The position numbers and the translations under genes were made by a program. Positions 24,613 through 37,977 of a stretch of 64,000 bases of DNA are shown here, one piece after another. The notes under the pieces are model-generated. The model saw only the letters and a list, made by a program, of their open reading frames with translations. It made no database searches and was not told the origin of the DNA. Position 1 is the stretch's first letter; each line of letters opens with the position of its first letter. The stretch comes from Trichosphaerium sp. ATCC 40318 (Eukaryota > Protista > Tubulinea), in contig JALMLS010000478.1 of NCBI GenBank assembly GCA_038496445.1, forward strand, positions 62,001-126,000. Reading direction: 5' to 3'.

Positions 24613-26430
24613 TTAAAGCTTAGATTGTATTGGTACACCGAAAGTATCATCGAGGCCATACTGTGCCAAGAATGCGTTCCACTCTAGTTTTTCAAGAGAA
24701 GATAAATGATTTCTTATGAATGACCTCATCATTTTACGAGAACGTGTTGGATATGGTCTGCAAAGAAATGAAACATCTTCATCGTAAATACGTGCTACAA
24801 ATGATTTATCTCCATTTTCTAGAGCTTTTGATGTCGCAATTGAGTACGTCTTGAAAGGACCCATTATTTCTTTTATCAAGAAATTTACAAAAGGCATTGC
24901 CTTGAGTTGATTTGCTGTTGGACACTTCAATTTGTCCATGTCGTAACTTGCAGTTTCCCATCTTTTCGAGTACTCAACAATGTTTGTAAGGTGCTGTATG
25001 TGAGCTTTCGGTTTTGGGTCTAGAAGGAAATGCGCTCGAAGAGAACCCTTGATGAATAAAATTAATAAATTTCAAACAAAAAGAAGATTTGAGTAATACG
25101 GATTAGAGCCCTTAAACAGGGTCCTCATAGTTTGGATTATATTCCCAATATTATTATTCAACAACAGTGAGAATAGTTTTTTTGGAAAAGTGTTGAAACA
25201 AGAAAAGTGACAATTGATTTTAGTATGTGCAAAAAAAAAAAGTACCATTACAACTGCATCAAAAGCACTTGGTCTGTCACCCAGAAAGTACTTGTTTCCT
25301 GCAGCCAAGTGCGCGTCGAATTTGGTCAATACGCGTAACAGCTCAGCTTCACCTTGTTTACGTTGATTATCAGTGTTTATGCCGGTTGCTCTGTGTACGT
25401 TGTTAACAAAAAAGAGCTCAAAAAAAAAAATGGATTCAAAAATAGATAAAAAGTTGTCATGTCAAACATTCATACCTGCAAGCCTTTAGACCCCACTTGT
25501 TAATACCTTGACCTATCATTTCTATTGTATCCTCAGGAGTACCAGGATCAACACTTGATAGTGCTATCCTAAAAGGATAATTAAAGAACAACGGCCTTCG
25601 TTTTTTGAAAGTTGTAAGAAAAGAGAACGGATTTCTAACGTACTTTTTCCTTAGGAGCTTTGCTGTCTCAGGATAAAACCATCTGTAGTGTACCTAGTCG
25701 TATTAAATTACAGAAAAATACTTGAGACTCATGGTTTAACAAAGTTCAAAAAAAAAAGCGTCACGTGATAATGACGAGTAGATAATTGAAAAAAAAAAAA
25801 AAGTTGGACTCAAATGGGACGTACTGCCATCCTTGGTATCCACTCATCGAAGTACTCTTCAAATAGAGCAACGAGAGCACCAGCAAACCCTGGTGGGTAA
25901 AAAATAGGCTTAGGAAGGCGAGAATCCAATAAATGTAAAATAGGCGTCGTGTCAGCTGTTAAGAAATGTCAAAATGTGGTTTCAACTAACCGAATAAGTG
26001 TTGTTATTACCTATCAACCAGTTTTCAGGGGTGCGAAAAACAGGTATCTAATTTGGGCTAAGTGGACAATTAAGGGGAGTAATAAGATGTACTTGGTGGG
26101 TTTCTGAGCGTTTTTGAAGGTATTCGCGGTTTGTAAGCGTCTTTCCTTTGAAATCAAACGGTATTTCGCTAAATATATGTTAACGTACGTTTCTATACGT
26201 GTGTCGTACTTTTTAACGAAAGATAGAGCAGAATGTAACTTCATGGAGAAATAGCTTGGTGAGAGTTAGTATCACCATCAATAAGCGCATATATAACGGC
26301 ACATAGCGTTTATTACCGATTTGGCATGCGCATGTCACGAATTTCTGGTTACTTACCTTTCATCGGCTCCATATAACACATATGAACCGTACAATGGAGC
26401 AGGACGCTTTTTATTCTTTACAAATGACAT
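24613..26430 (-). CDS. GST-fold protein (bacterial-like long GST family) with C-terminal SKL
   Basis: YVLYGADESYFSMKLHSAL, DTTPIL, FEEYFDEW, HYRW, YFLGDRPSAFD; ends in SKL* (PTS1). Confidence 0.7.
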
Positions 26431-26659
26431 GTGTTGCGAAGGACTTGAAAAAACAACAAAAAAGTTTTCAAAAAAAAAAACCAATTTGCGTTTGCTCACC
26501 CAAAACAAGGCCTACACGAACATACTTGTTAAAAAAAAGCACACCAGTTTAGTGATCAAGTTTGTGTTGAAATGGGGCAAGACTTTTTTTTTAACGTAGC
26601 AACACGTGCGGTTGTTGCGACATAACGCAGTTTTTTTGAAGTGTTTTTTTTTGATTTAT

Positions 26660-28374
26660 TTATTGAAGCTTTTTCTCAATCTTTCTCTCGATTTCCCCTA
26701 GTTCAGCCAATGTAGCCTCTCCTATCCTTTCTTCTTGAGTGTTGAAATGTTCAACTGCTCCTTTTACATAATCTTTACCTTCACCAACAACTAAAGGGAA
26801 ATTGTTAAATCCCAATTTTTAAATTGAATAAAAAAGATGAAAGAAATTATCATTTCTCGGGCTACAACCAACCACTATTTGCCAGTATACTCCGCAATAG
26901 TACTAAGATATCAGTTGTAACCCAAATATAACAAACCCACGCAACGAAACGCATCACAATTGGAGTTTGAGTTCAGATTTTCAAAAAAAAGGAAAAAAAA
27001 ATATAAGTGCGTTGACTTACTTGTACGGTAAGATTTTTGAAAAATATTGTCGTTTCTACGGGCATAAGCACGTTCTACATGCACCCTCATTGCTGTATGT
27101 ATATCCTAGATCCAGTAAGCTCCAAAAAGGGGTAAAAACGAAAAAATGTGACACAAATGTTGTCCTTTACCTTTTCGGCCAACCACTTCCTGTCCCATGT
27201 TTTAGACGCGAATTTATTGTCCATATATTGTCTCTCAAACATCATGTAATCAATACCAGGTTTTACTGGATTATCAAGGGTTTCTTCAATTGTGTCTAAA
27301 ATTGACTCAAAAACACCTGTTTCTGGTATAAGTTCATACTCATAACCAACGTAAAACGTTGTGAGAGGTCCAAGTATACCAGCAAGCCTAAAAAACGAAC
27401 AAATTAGAAAAAAAATCCGTCTATAAAGCACAATTCTTTGGTGTCAAAAAAAAAAAAAGTGGAAAAAAACGCACATTCTCATGCGAAGAGCATAGTGTGA
27501 AAACGCGAAAGTAGAAGCTATGAGTCCAGTAGCATAAAGCATTCGTCGTAGTGGTGGGTCGTAAACAAGATCTTGTTGTTCATCACGGTAAACACGTGTT
27601 GCAGCTCTGAGCGCATAAGTTAGTGAGTTACAAAAAAAAATGAAAAAGAAGAAATATGCCAACAACACCCAACATACCCAAAAACCATTGTTATGAGAGG
27701 CAAGCAAGTGAGTCTAAGCGCTGGAATAGGTCTCCACCAACCAGCATGCTATGATTTAAAGTTAAAATGACATGAGAACATGTTTTTTGCATTAAAAAAC
27801 AACGTACGCGTCTTTGCACTGCAATTCCAAATCCTACGGCTGCTAGAGGTAGTGTAGCGAGTAGGTATGTGTCGGATGTCGCAATGAGTAGGTTCTTTGT
27901 AAAGGAGGCAAACTCAAAGACGCCTTGGAACTGAAAGAAGAGTGTTATTGTTATACTTGTTGAAAAAAGCATTCAGGTGGCCTAATCGTACTGTACTAGT
28001 GCGTACAGTGCAATGAGTTGATGCAAAAGTTGCGTACGTTTGATTTTGTAACAGATAATGTATTTTGTTCTATTTGTTGCTTGAGAGCCTAGTTGAGCGT
28101 GTTTAGATGTTTTAGTAGACTACAGCGATTTGTACGCGTCAAAAGAATGTATAGAGCCATTTACCTCGTTTTCTCTCTGAAGCGCAGCTATTTGCGCCTT
28201 TTCAGTGGGCGGTTTGTACGTTGGCTCTCGGACACCAGCACGTTCTAGCAGAGATTGTCCAGGGTTGTCCAATGGATTTGGAGGCTCCAATTCTTTACTG
28301 GCATCAATAAAAATTTTTCTTGGCTGTTTGGTATTTTCCACGCGGATTTGATCACGAATGATTGAATTTATCAT
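26660..28374 (-). CDS. Hypothetical multi-pass membrane protein (multi-exon)
   Basis: Chain of minus-strand exons with GT-AG borders; coiled-coil N-terminal part, several hydrophobic helices, charged C-terminus ending EKKLQ*. Confidence 0.55.
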
Positions 28375-28603
28375 CTTGAGGCAATTATAAGTTCGTTTCG
28401 TCTATTTGTGCAAGAAACAGGCTAAACCATGCGATAATATTATCGCTTTGTACAATGAAGGCAACTGTGGAATAACAAACCAAGTAAACTCAAAAAAAAG
28501 CGCTAAGTTTTATAGTTTTGATTAAGGCACAAATTTGCCCGTTACACTCAAAAATACAACTCCAACCAAACAACACAGGTGTTATTAAATACCACAAAAC
28601 AAA

Positions 28604-30535
28604 ATGAACAATCCCGGAGATATGGAATTGATACCAGGCACGTACAACTAAAAATGACCGTATAACCTATGCATCGCATTGCGTGACATGATTATTACAA
28701 AACAACGTTACATATTTGCTGACGGCTGTCAGGCGAACTATACTTTCACGTATCGCACTCAGTACCAAGAACACGTCAACAGAGACGCTTCATCTCACTT
28801 CTAGGTCGTTATCGTTACGAACCCTTCCACAACGGTACATAGCCATCAAACATTGTCTGTACTGCCCTTACTCACTCGTTAACAGACTTTGGTCCGCCAA
28901 ACCTCGCTCAAGTTTATAGAACATGCGAATTGATACACAAAAAGGTTCAGGTACGTTGTGCGCTTGTGCCCTGATCCTTCCCGCCAAAAAACCCACACGG
29001 CCACGCTTTTGGGACGGAAAAGGAAATGATGTCTTGTATTTTTTCGGTTGACGCTTATTTGTTCGTTTTAGGTACGCAGACAATATCCTGTGTGCGTATA
29101 CATGAGCAATCAAGACCCACAGCACTTGGCAAACGCTACATTCTTGGTTTGCGCCTACCTTGTTCTCGTCCGCGGATTCACACCTAAACAAGCTTATGCA
29201 CCTATAGCCAAGGCGAATTGTACGTCTAATCAAAGTTTTAAACTTTCCTAAACAAAAACAAACACTTGTCTACACGTTGTTGCCACAAGTATACTATTTA
29301 TTCAATATATCTACGCGCGTAGGCATATCTGTTGGTATATCCAACGTTTTTCTGACTTTTTTCAGAAGAAATCTTTGTACCACTTCTGTACTCTTGAAAT
29401 TAATCCTTTTTTAGTAAATTTAACTCCATTCCGTGACGCTGGATGGGGTGATTCTGTATTTGATTCGACAGTCTATCACTGTTTATGTGGGGTGTACAAA
29501 GCTAAAAAACTTGGATGGATAAATTTGGATGCTTTTGATCCTGATTACTACGAGGTACCATGACCACGTGTCATTTTTTGTTTTGTCTTCTATATCGTGA
29601 CTTACTACGAGCTATTGTCGTATTGTATTTTATCGATTATTTTTGAAGACTGTGTTGTAGCCGAGACTGTTTCTTTATTTTCTTCTTTTTTTCTTATTAA
29701 AAAACTTATTAGCATTGGGAACAAGTCGCCAATGGTGATTTGAATTGGATCGTTCCTGGACGTATTTTAGCAATGTGTAGTCCTATAGATGACGCATTTG
29801 CTAGAGCAAATAGTTTATCAGATGTATATCACACACCTGGTGCGTTCTAGACGCATTTCATTTAAATCGTTGCACATTGTTGCACTTGCACTTTTTTTTT
29901 GTTCCTACAGTTTCGCGATTTCACGTTACCTCTTAGTTTATCAAGAGTTGCTTAAATTGGCATTTCTTGAGCTTACTTCTATTTTTTTTTGTAGAGTTTT
30001 ATAGTGAGTATTTTAAGGCGAATAATGTTTCCACTATTATTCGGCTGAATAAAAAAGAATATGATCGTTCTGCATTTTTGAAGAATGGGATTCGTCACGT
30101 GGACTCATATTTTGTTGATAACACAACACCACCTAGTAATATAAGAGATAATTTTTTACGCCTTGCAGATAACTGTGTTGGTGCACTAGCAGTACGTCAT
30201 GACATGAAACCAAATATTGCAAATGGCTTTAGTTTTTTAACTTGTTTTATCAGGTACATTGTAAGTCTGGTGTTGGTCGTACTGGTACTCTTATTGCTTG
30301 TTATCTTATGAGAAAATACAGATTCACCGCTGCAGAGAGTATAGGTTATATTCGTGTTATGCGACCTGGAAGGTAAAAGATCCTTTTTTTTTTTTTTTTG
30401 ATTGTTTTTTCTCATCTTTTTCTTAGCATTGTTGGGCCTCAACAAAATTATTTGGTTCGGCAAGAACCACTCATGTGGGCTATTCATGACCGTGAAAAGT
30501 CAAGAAAGTCTCCTAAGCAACGTAGAGCTCTTTGA
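28604..30535 (+). CDS. CDC14: Cdc14-family dual-specificity phosphatase
   Basis: [26 protein letters not shown], catalytic [35 protein letters not shown]. Confidence 0.88.
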
Positions 30536-30799
30536 AAACCCAAAATTTTCAAATCTTTTCCAATGCTATTTCACGTGTTTTTTAACACGTTTGTTGGAAA
30601 ATGTTTTTTTTTTTCTTCCTTTTTTCTGTTTGGTTGGAAACGAAAAAAACTGAAAGGAGATGTTCCAACTTTGCTTTTGTACAAAGTCCTTATGTAAAAA
30701 AACTATTTGCATAAATAATACTGTAGACAAAAAATAAAAGTATACCCAAGTACCTTCTGTTGTGTAGCTCTATTTTTTTGTCCACTGACTTTGTTATTG

Positions 30800-31142
30800 A
30801 TGAATATCGTTTTGCTAACTAAAATGTTGTTGTGGTTTCAGTCTTGGTTGTCTTTATTGTTGAGTAACTCAGCTTCTTTCAGAATGAGCCTTGCAGGTCC
30901 TTGTGATCCTGGTGTTATATGTTGTACACTTCAAAACGGCCAACAAGGATGTTGTCCTTTCGCTAACGGCACGTGTTGCCAAGACCATTTACATTGTTGT
31001 CCTCTTGGATACAAATGTACAATTGGCCCTAACAGGTGCATACCTGACATTGGAGTATTACGTCACGCTGCTGGTACGATTATTCTTTCTGTTGTTGCTT
31101 TTTATTCCTAACCTTGTACTAGAGTTAACAGCATACCCATAA
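30800..31142 (+). CDS. Single-granulin-domain gene, or truncated duplicate of 23685-24364
   Basis: Granulin exon near-identical to 23700-23940, preceded in frame by a different hydrophobic leader. Confidence 0.55.
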
Positions 31143-31930
31143 GTAAATTCGAAATAACGAACAGAGAATAAAGTTTGTGTTTACGAAGACGTCTTGTTAA
31201 TTGCGTTGGATGAGGATCTGCAATTTTTGTGATTTAATTTACATGCAGATTTGAACTTTTTCTTTTTTATCTAGATTGCCGTACATCGATTCTCCCTCTA
31301 TTTTCAAGCTGAAAAAGTTCTTTGTGCAGTCAATCCACAAGACTCAATGCTGTTGCTCAAATCTAATGCTCAAAGCTGGATGAGAGAAGCGGTTGTAGAA
31401 AGAGGTCGGCACAAACTCTTTTACTACTTTCTGTGCACTATCACTGCAAACACTTCATAACGTTGATCCTTTATCCTTTGATCACTTACAAAGAGATTAT
31501 ATTGTGTAGAAACATTCCCGCAGTACTGATATTATAGATATAATCCTAAAAACTAGTCGCTGCGCTGTTAGTATCCCACTTCTCAGGACACCATGTGATA
31601 GTAAATTTATTTATGAGCAAGAAGAATAAGTGACGGCCGGTGCTGATATTCTCTATGAGCATGGTACTTTTAACTCTTAGTCTTCTGAAAATGAGGAATG
31701 TGCAAATACTACAAAAAGAATAAACACCGGTGGCAAATCAATTTTGCCGGTTACAAACATGATCTATCCTTCTTCTATACATCGTACCAAAGCGAATTAA
31801 GAGTATGTCGCGGAAAGAGGTACATAGTTAAATGAGTACACAAATGTAGTTATTTCACAAGACAAATGTAATTAAGTACACAATCCTCAACAAACTGAAA
31901 AAAAAACATAAACAAATCAAACTCATCCCA

Positions 31931-32328
31931 ATGAACGCAACACTACTCTTCCTTATTGTCTTTACTCTCTTTGTAACTTCTAATGCATGGCCTGTTCGCT
32001 ATGTTGTACGCAATATTCAATTTACTTGTTTATTTCATCACGTGCTTGCGGTTTTATCCAAAACAACAAATGTTGATTTCAAGGTTTTGAACTTGTTCTA
32101 ACTTTTTTATCCAAGGAATGTCGTGATTTCTGTCAGAGCCTATACGAGAATTGTATTTCTGGTGGAACCTTACAGGAAACTTGTCGTCATAATCAAGGAG
32201 GATGTGAGGAAGATTGCTGTAAGAGACTGTACATAAATCCATACGAATGCTCACTATGTTGTGCAAATGGAAATGTTGTAAATGCACATACTTGTCGTCA
32301 CATGTGTTACTTCAGGCCTAGACACTAG
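31931..32328 (+). CDS. Small secreted Cys-rich peptide, copy 3 (12 Cys)
   Basis: MNATLLFLIVFTLFVTSNAWPVRYV, intron, ECRDFCQSLYENCISGG...CYFRPRH*. Confidence 0.75.
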
Positions 32329-33403
32329 TGCTACACGACCGCGTTAAACGCCCCCACAATAAATAGTTCTGTTTCATATTGTTTGGTTCACGTTGAAGCT
32401 GGAAGTACAATTAAGTACCTAACCAAGGAGACATGACATCTCTCAAGGTATTGGACGTCCATGTCAACTAATAGGTGCTTACCATAGAACTTTGTATTGC
32501 GTTTGTTGATGACCTCCTACAATGTTGTCTACAAAAGAAGTAAATTACAGTTATAGTGGTAAGTCAAAATACAGGAAAAAAAAAACTAAAAAGTAAAGTT
32601 TTAGCGTTCAAATTCTCTGCCTGTATTGGTTATCACGTGCTCTTTTGTAGTTAATTCACGTATATTTGTAAGCGTGTGCCTCTCAAACCTAAAACTAGGT
32701 TCTGTAACATATTAGGCTCCTCATTTCATGAACTTCGAAATTTTACACCGTCACACATTGTTTGTGCGCAGCGGCCTTGTTTTGCTGGGTTAGAGCTCCG
32801 TTTGTAAAAAAAATTTGGGACTTTACCTGATTTGGGACACTTTTCATGTTTGAGTAAATGGCGTTTTTTGTTCAGTCGTGAGCTACGATTATTGGCAATA
32901 TAAATGATCCTCATTGTAATTCAGCTGAAAATTCCAATGACGTCATAAGGAAAAATGTTGGGTTTTTTTGACATCCAACGAAATAACAATAAACTGTTCT
33001 TTTTTTTTGCATTGGTTCAGACCTCTATTCTCGGAGTTTTATCAACACTGATATTTAGATAATAAAACGTGAACCCACATCTCTCTACAAGTTTTGTGTT
33101 GGATATATACTTGCTGCTGCTCAATTAGACCGTTTTTAGAAGGTACATAGCACACAAGTACTGCAAAACTTTGCTTCGCTTTTAAATGGATTTACGAGGA
33201 CCTTTGGATCTAACATTGATTTCTACTATGTAGCGCTCTCATTAGTGTGTCGCCATTAGTGTTGAAACAAACAGTGAGAACAGATCACACTTTTTGAAAT
33301 ACTTTTGAAAAAACTGTTTCCCAAACCATCACGTGCGTTGAATTCAAAAACTATGAATATCATTTTCGTTCTTGTTATGAGGAGTATCTTATTGTTTTAG
33401 AAA

Positions 33404-35397
33404 ATGGATTTGGTCTATTTCTGCGCTGTATTCTTAATTGTCACGTTTGTCGCTATGAATAATGGTAATACAGGTACGAGTAGTACAAGCCTTTAAGAAT
33501 AACAATAATTTTGTTTTAGTCATAACTTCAAGTGAACACGTTTGTGGCAATAATCTTAGTTGTTATCTGCGAGAAGAACCTACAGAGCTTATTCTCAATT
33601 CAACAAACTTGTTTTTTGATAACTCTACAATACCTTACGTTAGACAAAGCGTTGACATTTATGGTAAGTTGGTGGTTCTCAGTCAGTTGTAACTAAGTGC
33701 GCTTAGGATTGTATAATGTAAATGTCTCTTGCTACGAAATAGAGCAGTTACGCTCACTTTCTGTAATCAGTATCTCGATGTCGGGATTTACAATTCGAGA
33801 CTGCTTTTTCTCACTAAGCGATTATGCGAATGTTACCATGACGTACTTGGAGCAAGGCAACCCTAAAAGCAATGTTAATACTCACTTTAGAAACATGACA
33901 TTTACTGGGCATCAAGCAGGCTTATATGTTGTTCCTAGTGTGCTCAATACGGCTGTGACTCTAAAAAATGTGGCATTTAGAGATATTTTTTTCGAATCAT
34001 TCCCTGTTCCGGTATTTACTGTTGCTCACATAGAAAGAGCTTATTTGCAAGATTGTGTTTTTTCACAGATATCTCACGCCAACAACGAAACACTCACACA
34101 GGGTACCAAAGACCAATCATGTTTGTCCATAACGCCACATAGGTGCTATTGTTTTTCAGAGCATTACAAGCGTACACAAGCAATTTATTTTGAATCTCAT
34201 TTAACTGATTTAATTAGGTTGTAATCAATTCTTGTTTCTTTGAGGACAATAATATTATTGATGCTCCACTTTTAAACATATTTTCAGATGAAGCAGAAAT
34301 ATCAAACTCTAGTTTTGTGAGAAATAAAGCGAGCACATCACCTGACGGCACATGTAGGGGTAATGTTACATGTAGTTATGAGTATTAACCACAATTTGGA
34401 ATAGAGTATGTGGATGTACAGTATACTAGGTTGCTTGTAGATTCTTGTGTGTTTGAGAATAATACTTGCATGTACGTTCTCTTGTTTGTTCTATTGTGAA
34501 GTATCTTGCCATTTACAATACTCGTTTAGAAGAACAAATTCTTCAGCAATTCTAACTTCTCCTTCTTTTGATGGGTTTGAAAGCAACATTACAATAAGGT
34601 CAAGAATATTCTATTTACTGGTGTGGTGAAGTGCTTATCTTTGTGTAGAAATACAATCTTTGTTAATGCAACTGTGCCACCAATAATCACACCTACAGTT
34701 GAGCCAACTGCGCCACCGGCAACCACAACTACACTACCAAATGAAATTGTGTTATCTAGTACTTTGATAATAGATGGAGACTTGATCCACTCAGGAACAG
34801 CTACAATTACTCCAGGAGGCTTTCTTGAAGTTGAAGGTAACACGTGATTCAGTTTTTGATATTTTATGTTATTGAGTCATCCTTGATCTCATTAAGTGTA
34901 GGATCTATTGTGATACCACCAAACACGATGTTCATCATTGATTTCACTGGTTACAATGATACAATTGTTGATGACACAAGAATAGAAGTAATGAGAAGTA
35001 ACAATGGCACAATAACCGGTAATGTTACGTTTGTTCCACCTCCACAAGAGACGTGTTTAAGTGCATCACTTGATAGAACTCTTTCATCGTATGTCTATGT
35101 CTACTTTTGAGTCATCTAAATGACCCTGATTTTGATTTTAGGATATTTGTAATTGTATCAAGACCTGACACTTGTGGCAACAAACCAGAAACAGTGAACG
35201 TTGGTATGGTGCTTGGTATTACTTTTGGTGTTCTTGCATTGGTATGTTGTTATCTTGATTTTAGCATGTTCCTTTTGACTTGGTGATAGGTGGTCATTGG
35301 TCTTATTGCCATCTTCTTTATTACAAAGTTGAGACATGCAATTGTACCATACTCATTACGTAAAATCTCACTAAAAGTTACTTCTACTGAAAGTTAA
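33404..35397 (+). CDS. Variable beta-helix type-I membrane protein, copy 3 (lacks Cys-rich module)
   Basis: Last coil RNTIFVNA runs straight into the Pro/Thr stalk at about 34670. Confidence 0.8.
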
Positions 35398-35960
35398 TTG
35401 TAATAAACAATCGATTTAAGGCTCTTTGTTCAATGTAAAGTTCCATTTTATAGTTCAGTTGTAAAGTAAATAAATACAGCATTTGTTCGCAAACCATCTC
35501 GATAATCAGGGCCAGCATTAACACAAACTAGTGTTATTTCAGGTCAACTCCTTTAATGAGAACATCTTGTGGCTACAAAATTACTGCCTGTTCCTCCGGG
35601 TACTATCTAGCATGGCAAATATTAGCTGTTTAACATTGCACAGCTTTTGTGGTTTGTCTACGAGGCAAAAAAAATTCGGTGTTTGATAAGCTGCAAGCAT
35701 AATCGTTTCAATAATAACGGAGTTACTTCAATAAGCCTGTTATATTCGGCTTTGAGTTTGAAATCATGCGCTACTTTCGTAGCCTTATCCTTGCTATTGG
35801 TCATATTAAAGATAACCATTGTGCTCATCATCAGAGTTAGATTAAGACTGACACTGCAAGCAAGGACATTCAGAGAAAGGATTGTAACCGAAAAGCAAAA
35901 CCGTTTATCCAAAACAGACTCAAATCAAAGGAATTTACGACTGTTACTAATTGGCACGTT

Positions 35961-36063
35961 ATGTCACTTGAGCACGACACTTTGATATAAGTTATATTGA
36001 ACCAAAATACTTTAAAATCGCTTCGATTGTCAATAAACATACGAATACAGTGGCACAAGCAAT
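35961..36063 (+). pseudogene. F-box relic
   Basis: Degenerate truncated match to the start of the 53280 F-box gene with an early stop; a similar relic lies at about 46070-46125. Confidence 0.6.
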
Positions 36064-37093
36064 CGAAGCTGGAAGTACAATGTAAGTACCTAACCAAGGA
36101 GACCTAACATCTCTCAAGGTATTGGAAGTCCTTGGCAACACTCAAATTATAATAGAAGCTTACCATAGAACTTTGTATCGCGTTTATCTACAATGTTGTC
36201 GACAAAAGAAGTAAATTATAGTATTTATACCGGTGAGTCCATTGTTCAGTCGTGTTACAATTATTGGAAATATAAATGGTACTCATTGTTGTCATTCAGC
36301 TGAAAATTCCAATGACGTCACATGGAAAAATGTTGGGTTTTTTTGACATCCAACGAAATAAAAATCAACACGATTGTCCCTTTTATTTTGCACAGTATCT
36401 AAAGAATTTTATTGGAGTTTTATCAACACTGATATTTGATAATAAAACGTGAACTCTTATTTTTCTCCACAAATTTTGTGGAGATATACTTGTGCTACTG
36501 CTCAATTAGATAGTTTTTAGAAGAATACATAGCACACAAGTACTGCAAAACTTCACTTCGCTTTTTAAAGGATTTACGAGGACCGTTGGATCTAATGTTT
36601 ATATATTATGCACCACGCCATTGTGCTTGTATACCCTGTTTTAACTTTGTTTGCTTTTGACAATATCGAGAACAAACAAAACGCTCAAAGTTACAATCAT
36701 GCCCCCCATCAGTGGTGTTGTCGTCATTGTTGAAACAAACAATGAGAACAGATCACACTTGATTATTTTTTAGAAACTGTTTTCCTCAAACCATCACGTG
36801 CGTTGATTTCAAAAACTATGAATATCTTATCGTTCTAGTTACGAGGAGTAGCTATTTACTTTAGAAAATGGATTTGGTCTATTTCTGCGCTGTATTCGTA
36901 ATTGTCACGTTTGTCGCTATGGATCATGGTAAAACAGGTACGAGTAGTACAAGCCCTTTATGATTAACAATAATTTTTGTTTTAGTGATAACTTCAAGTG
37001 AACATGTTTGTGGCAATGATCTTAGTTGTTATCTGCGAGAAGAACCTACAGAGCTTATTCTCAATTCAACAAACTTGGTTTTGTTGAGTAACT

Positions 37094-37340
37094 AGAGATG
37101 GTATGGGAAACTGAAACAGTGAAAATTACGAAATTTTATAACTTCTATGTTTCAAACACAACTTACATAATATCAGGTATTTGAATTTTTTATGTTGCTC
37201 TACAAGGAGCGTAGAGTACGAAAATTGGCTTAGAATTTTGCTAAAAACTGTTGTAAATTGGAAATGTAAATTCTGAAATATTTCACTTTTGGCTCTTTTT
37301 TCAAAAAGTGTTAACAATTTCAGTTTTCCATACCATCTCT
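37094..37340. mobile_element. MITE-like non-autonomous DNA transposon (about 247 bp)
   Basis: TIRs AGAGATGGTATGGGAAACTGAAA / TTTCAGTTTTCCATACCATCTCT (1 mismatch); TSD readable as ACT or TA; absent from the five paralogues. Confidence 0.85.
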
Positions 37341-37786
37341 ACTATACTGGGCTTGGAGTTACAAAAAGCGTTGACATTTATGGTAAGTTGGTTCTCAGTC
37401 AGTTGTAACTAAGTGCGTTTAGGATTGTATAATGTGAATGTCTCTTGCTACGAAGTCCAGTGGTTAATCTCATCTTTGTATGATAAAATCAGTATTTCGA
37501 TGTCGGGATTTACAATTCGAGATTGCTCTATCGCACTACGCGAATATGAGAATGTTACCATTACGTACTTGGAGCAAGGCAACCCTAAAATCAATGGTAA
37601 TACTCACTTTAGAAACATGACATTTACTGGACGTGATACGGGCTTATATGTTATTAATAATGCGATCAATACTGCTGTGACTCTAAAAAATGTGGCATTT
37701 AGAGATATTTTTCTCGAATCATTTCTTGATGCGGTATTTTTTGTTTCTTCTGCAAAAACAGCTTTTTTGCAAGATTGTGTTTTGTC

Positions 37787-37879
37787 TGTAACAGGTAAAG
37801 ATGTCACTCCGAACACAATATTTATTATCTAGGCCTTTTACATAGGTTGACTTTTACGTGGAGTAATTTCCCTCTTACA
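37787..37879 (-). repeat. 3' LTR (93 bp)
   Basis: TGTAACAGG...CTCTTACA on + strand, identical to 43803-43895. Confidence 0.95.
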
Positions 37880-37977
37880 TAGCTCCCCTATATCTGAAGT
37901 GTGCGTCCTCGTACACGCGACTGGAGCATAGGAAACCTTTGAAACCTGGTAACCGTAAAACGGAGGATGATTCATGC

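Larger units (their letters stand above)
30878..36063 (+). repeat. Segmental duplication arm B, inverted relative to 18830-23950
   Basis: Same gene order: granulin, Cys-rich peptide, receptor, F-box start. Confidence 0.85.

Noticed and set aside
37094-37340. MITE as an introner (GTATGG near left end, TTTCAG near right end)
   Set aside because: An in-frame TAG precedes that donor, and the alternative upstream donor gives an out-of-frame product
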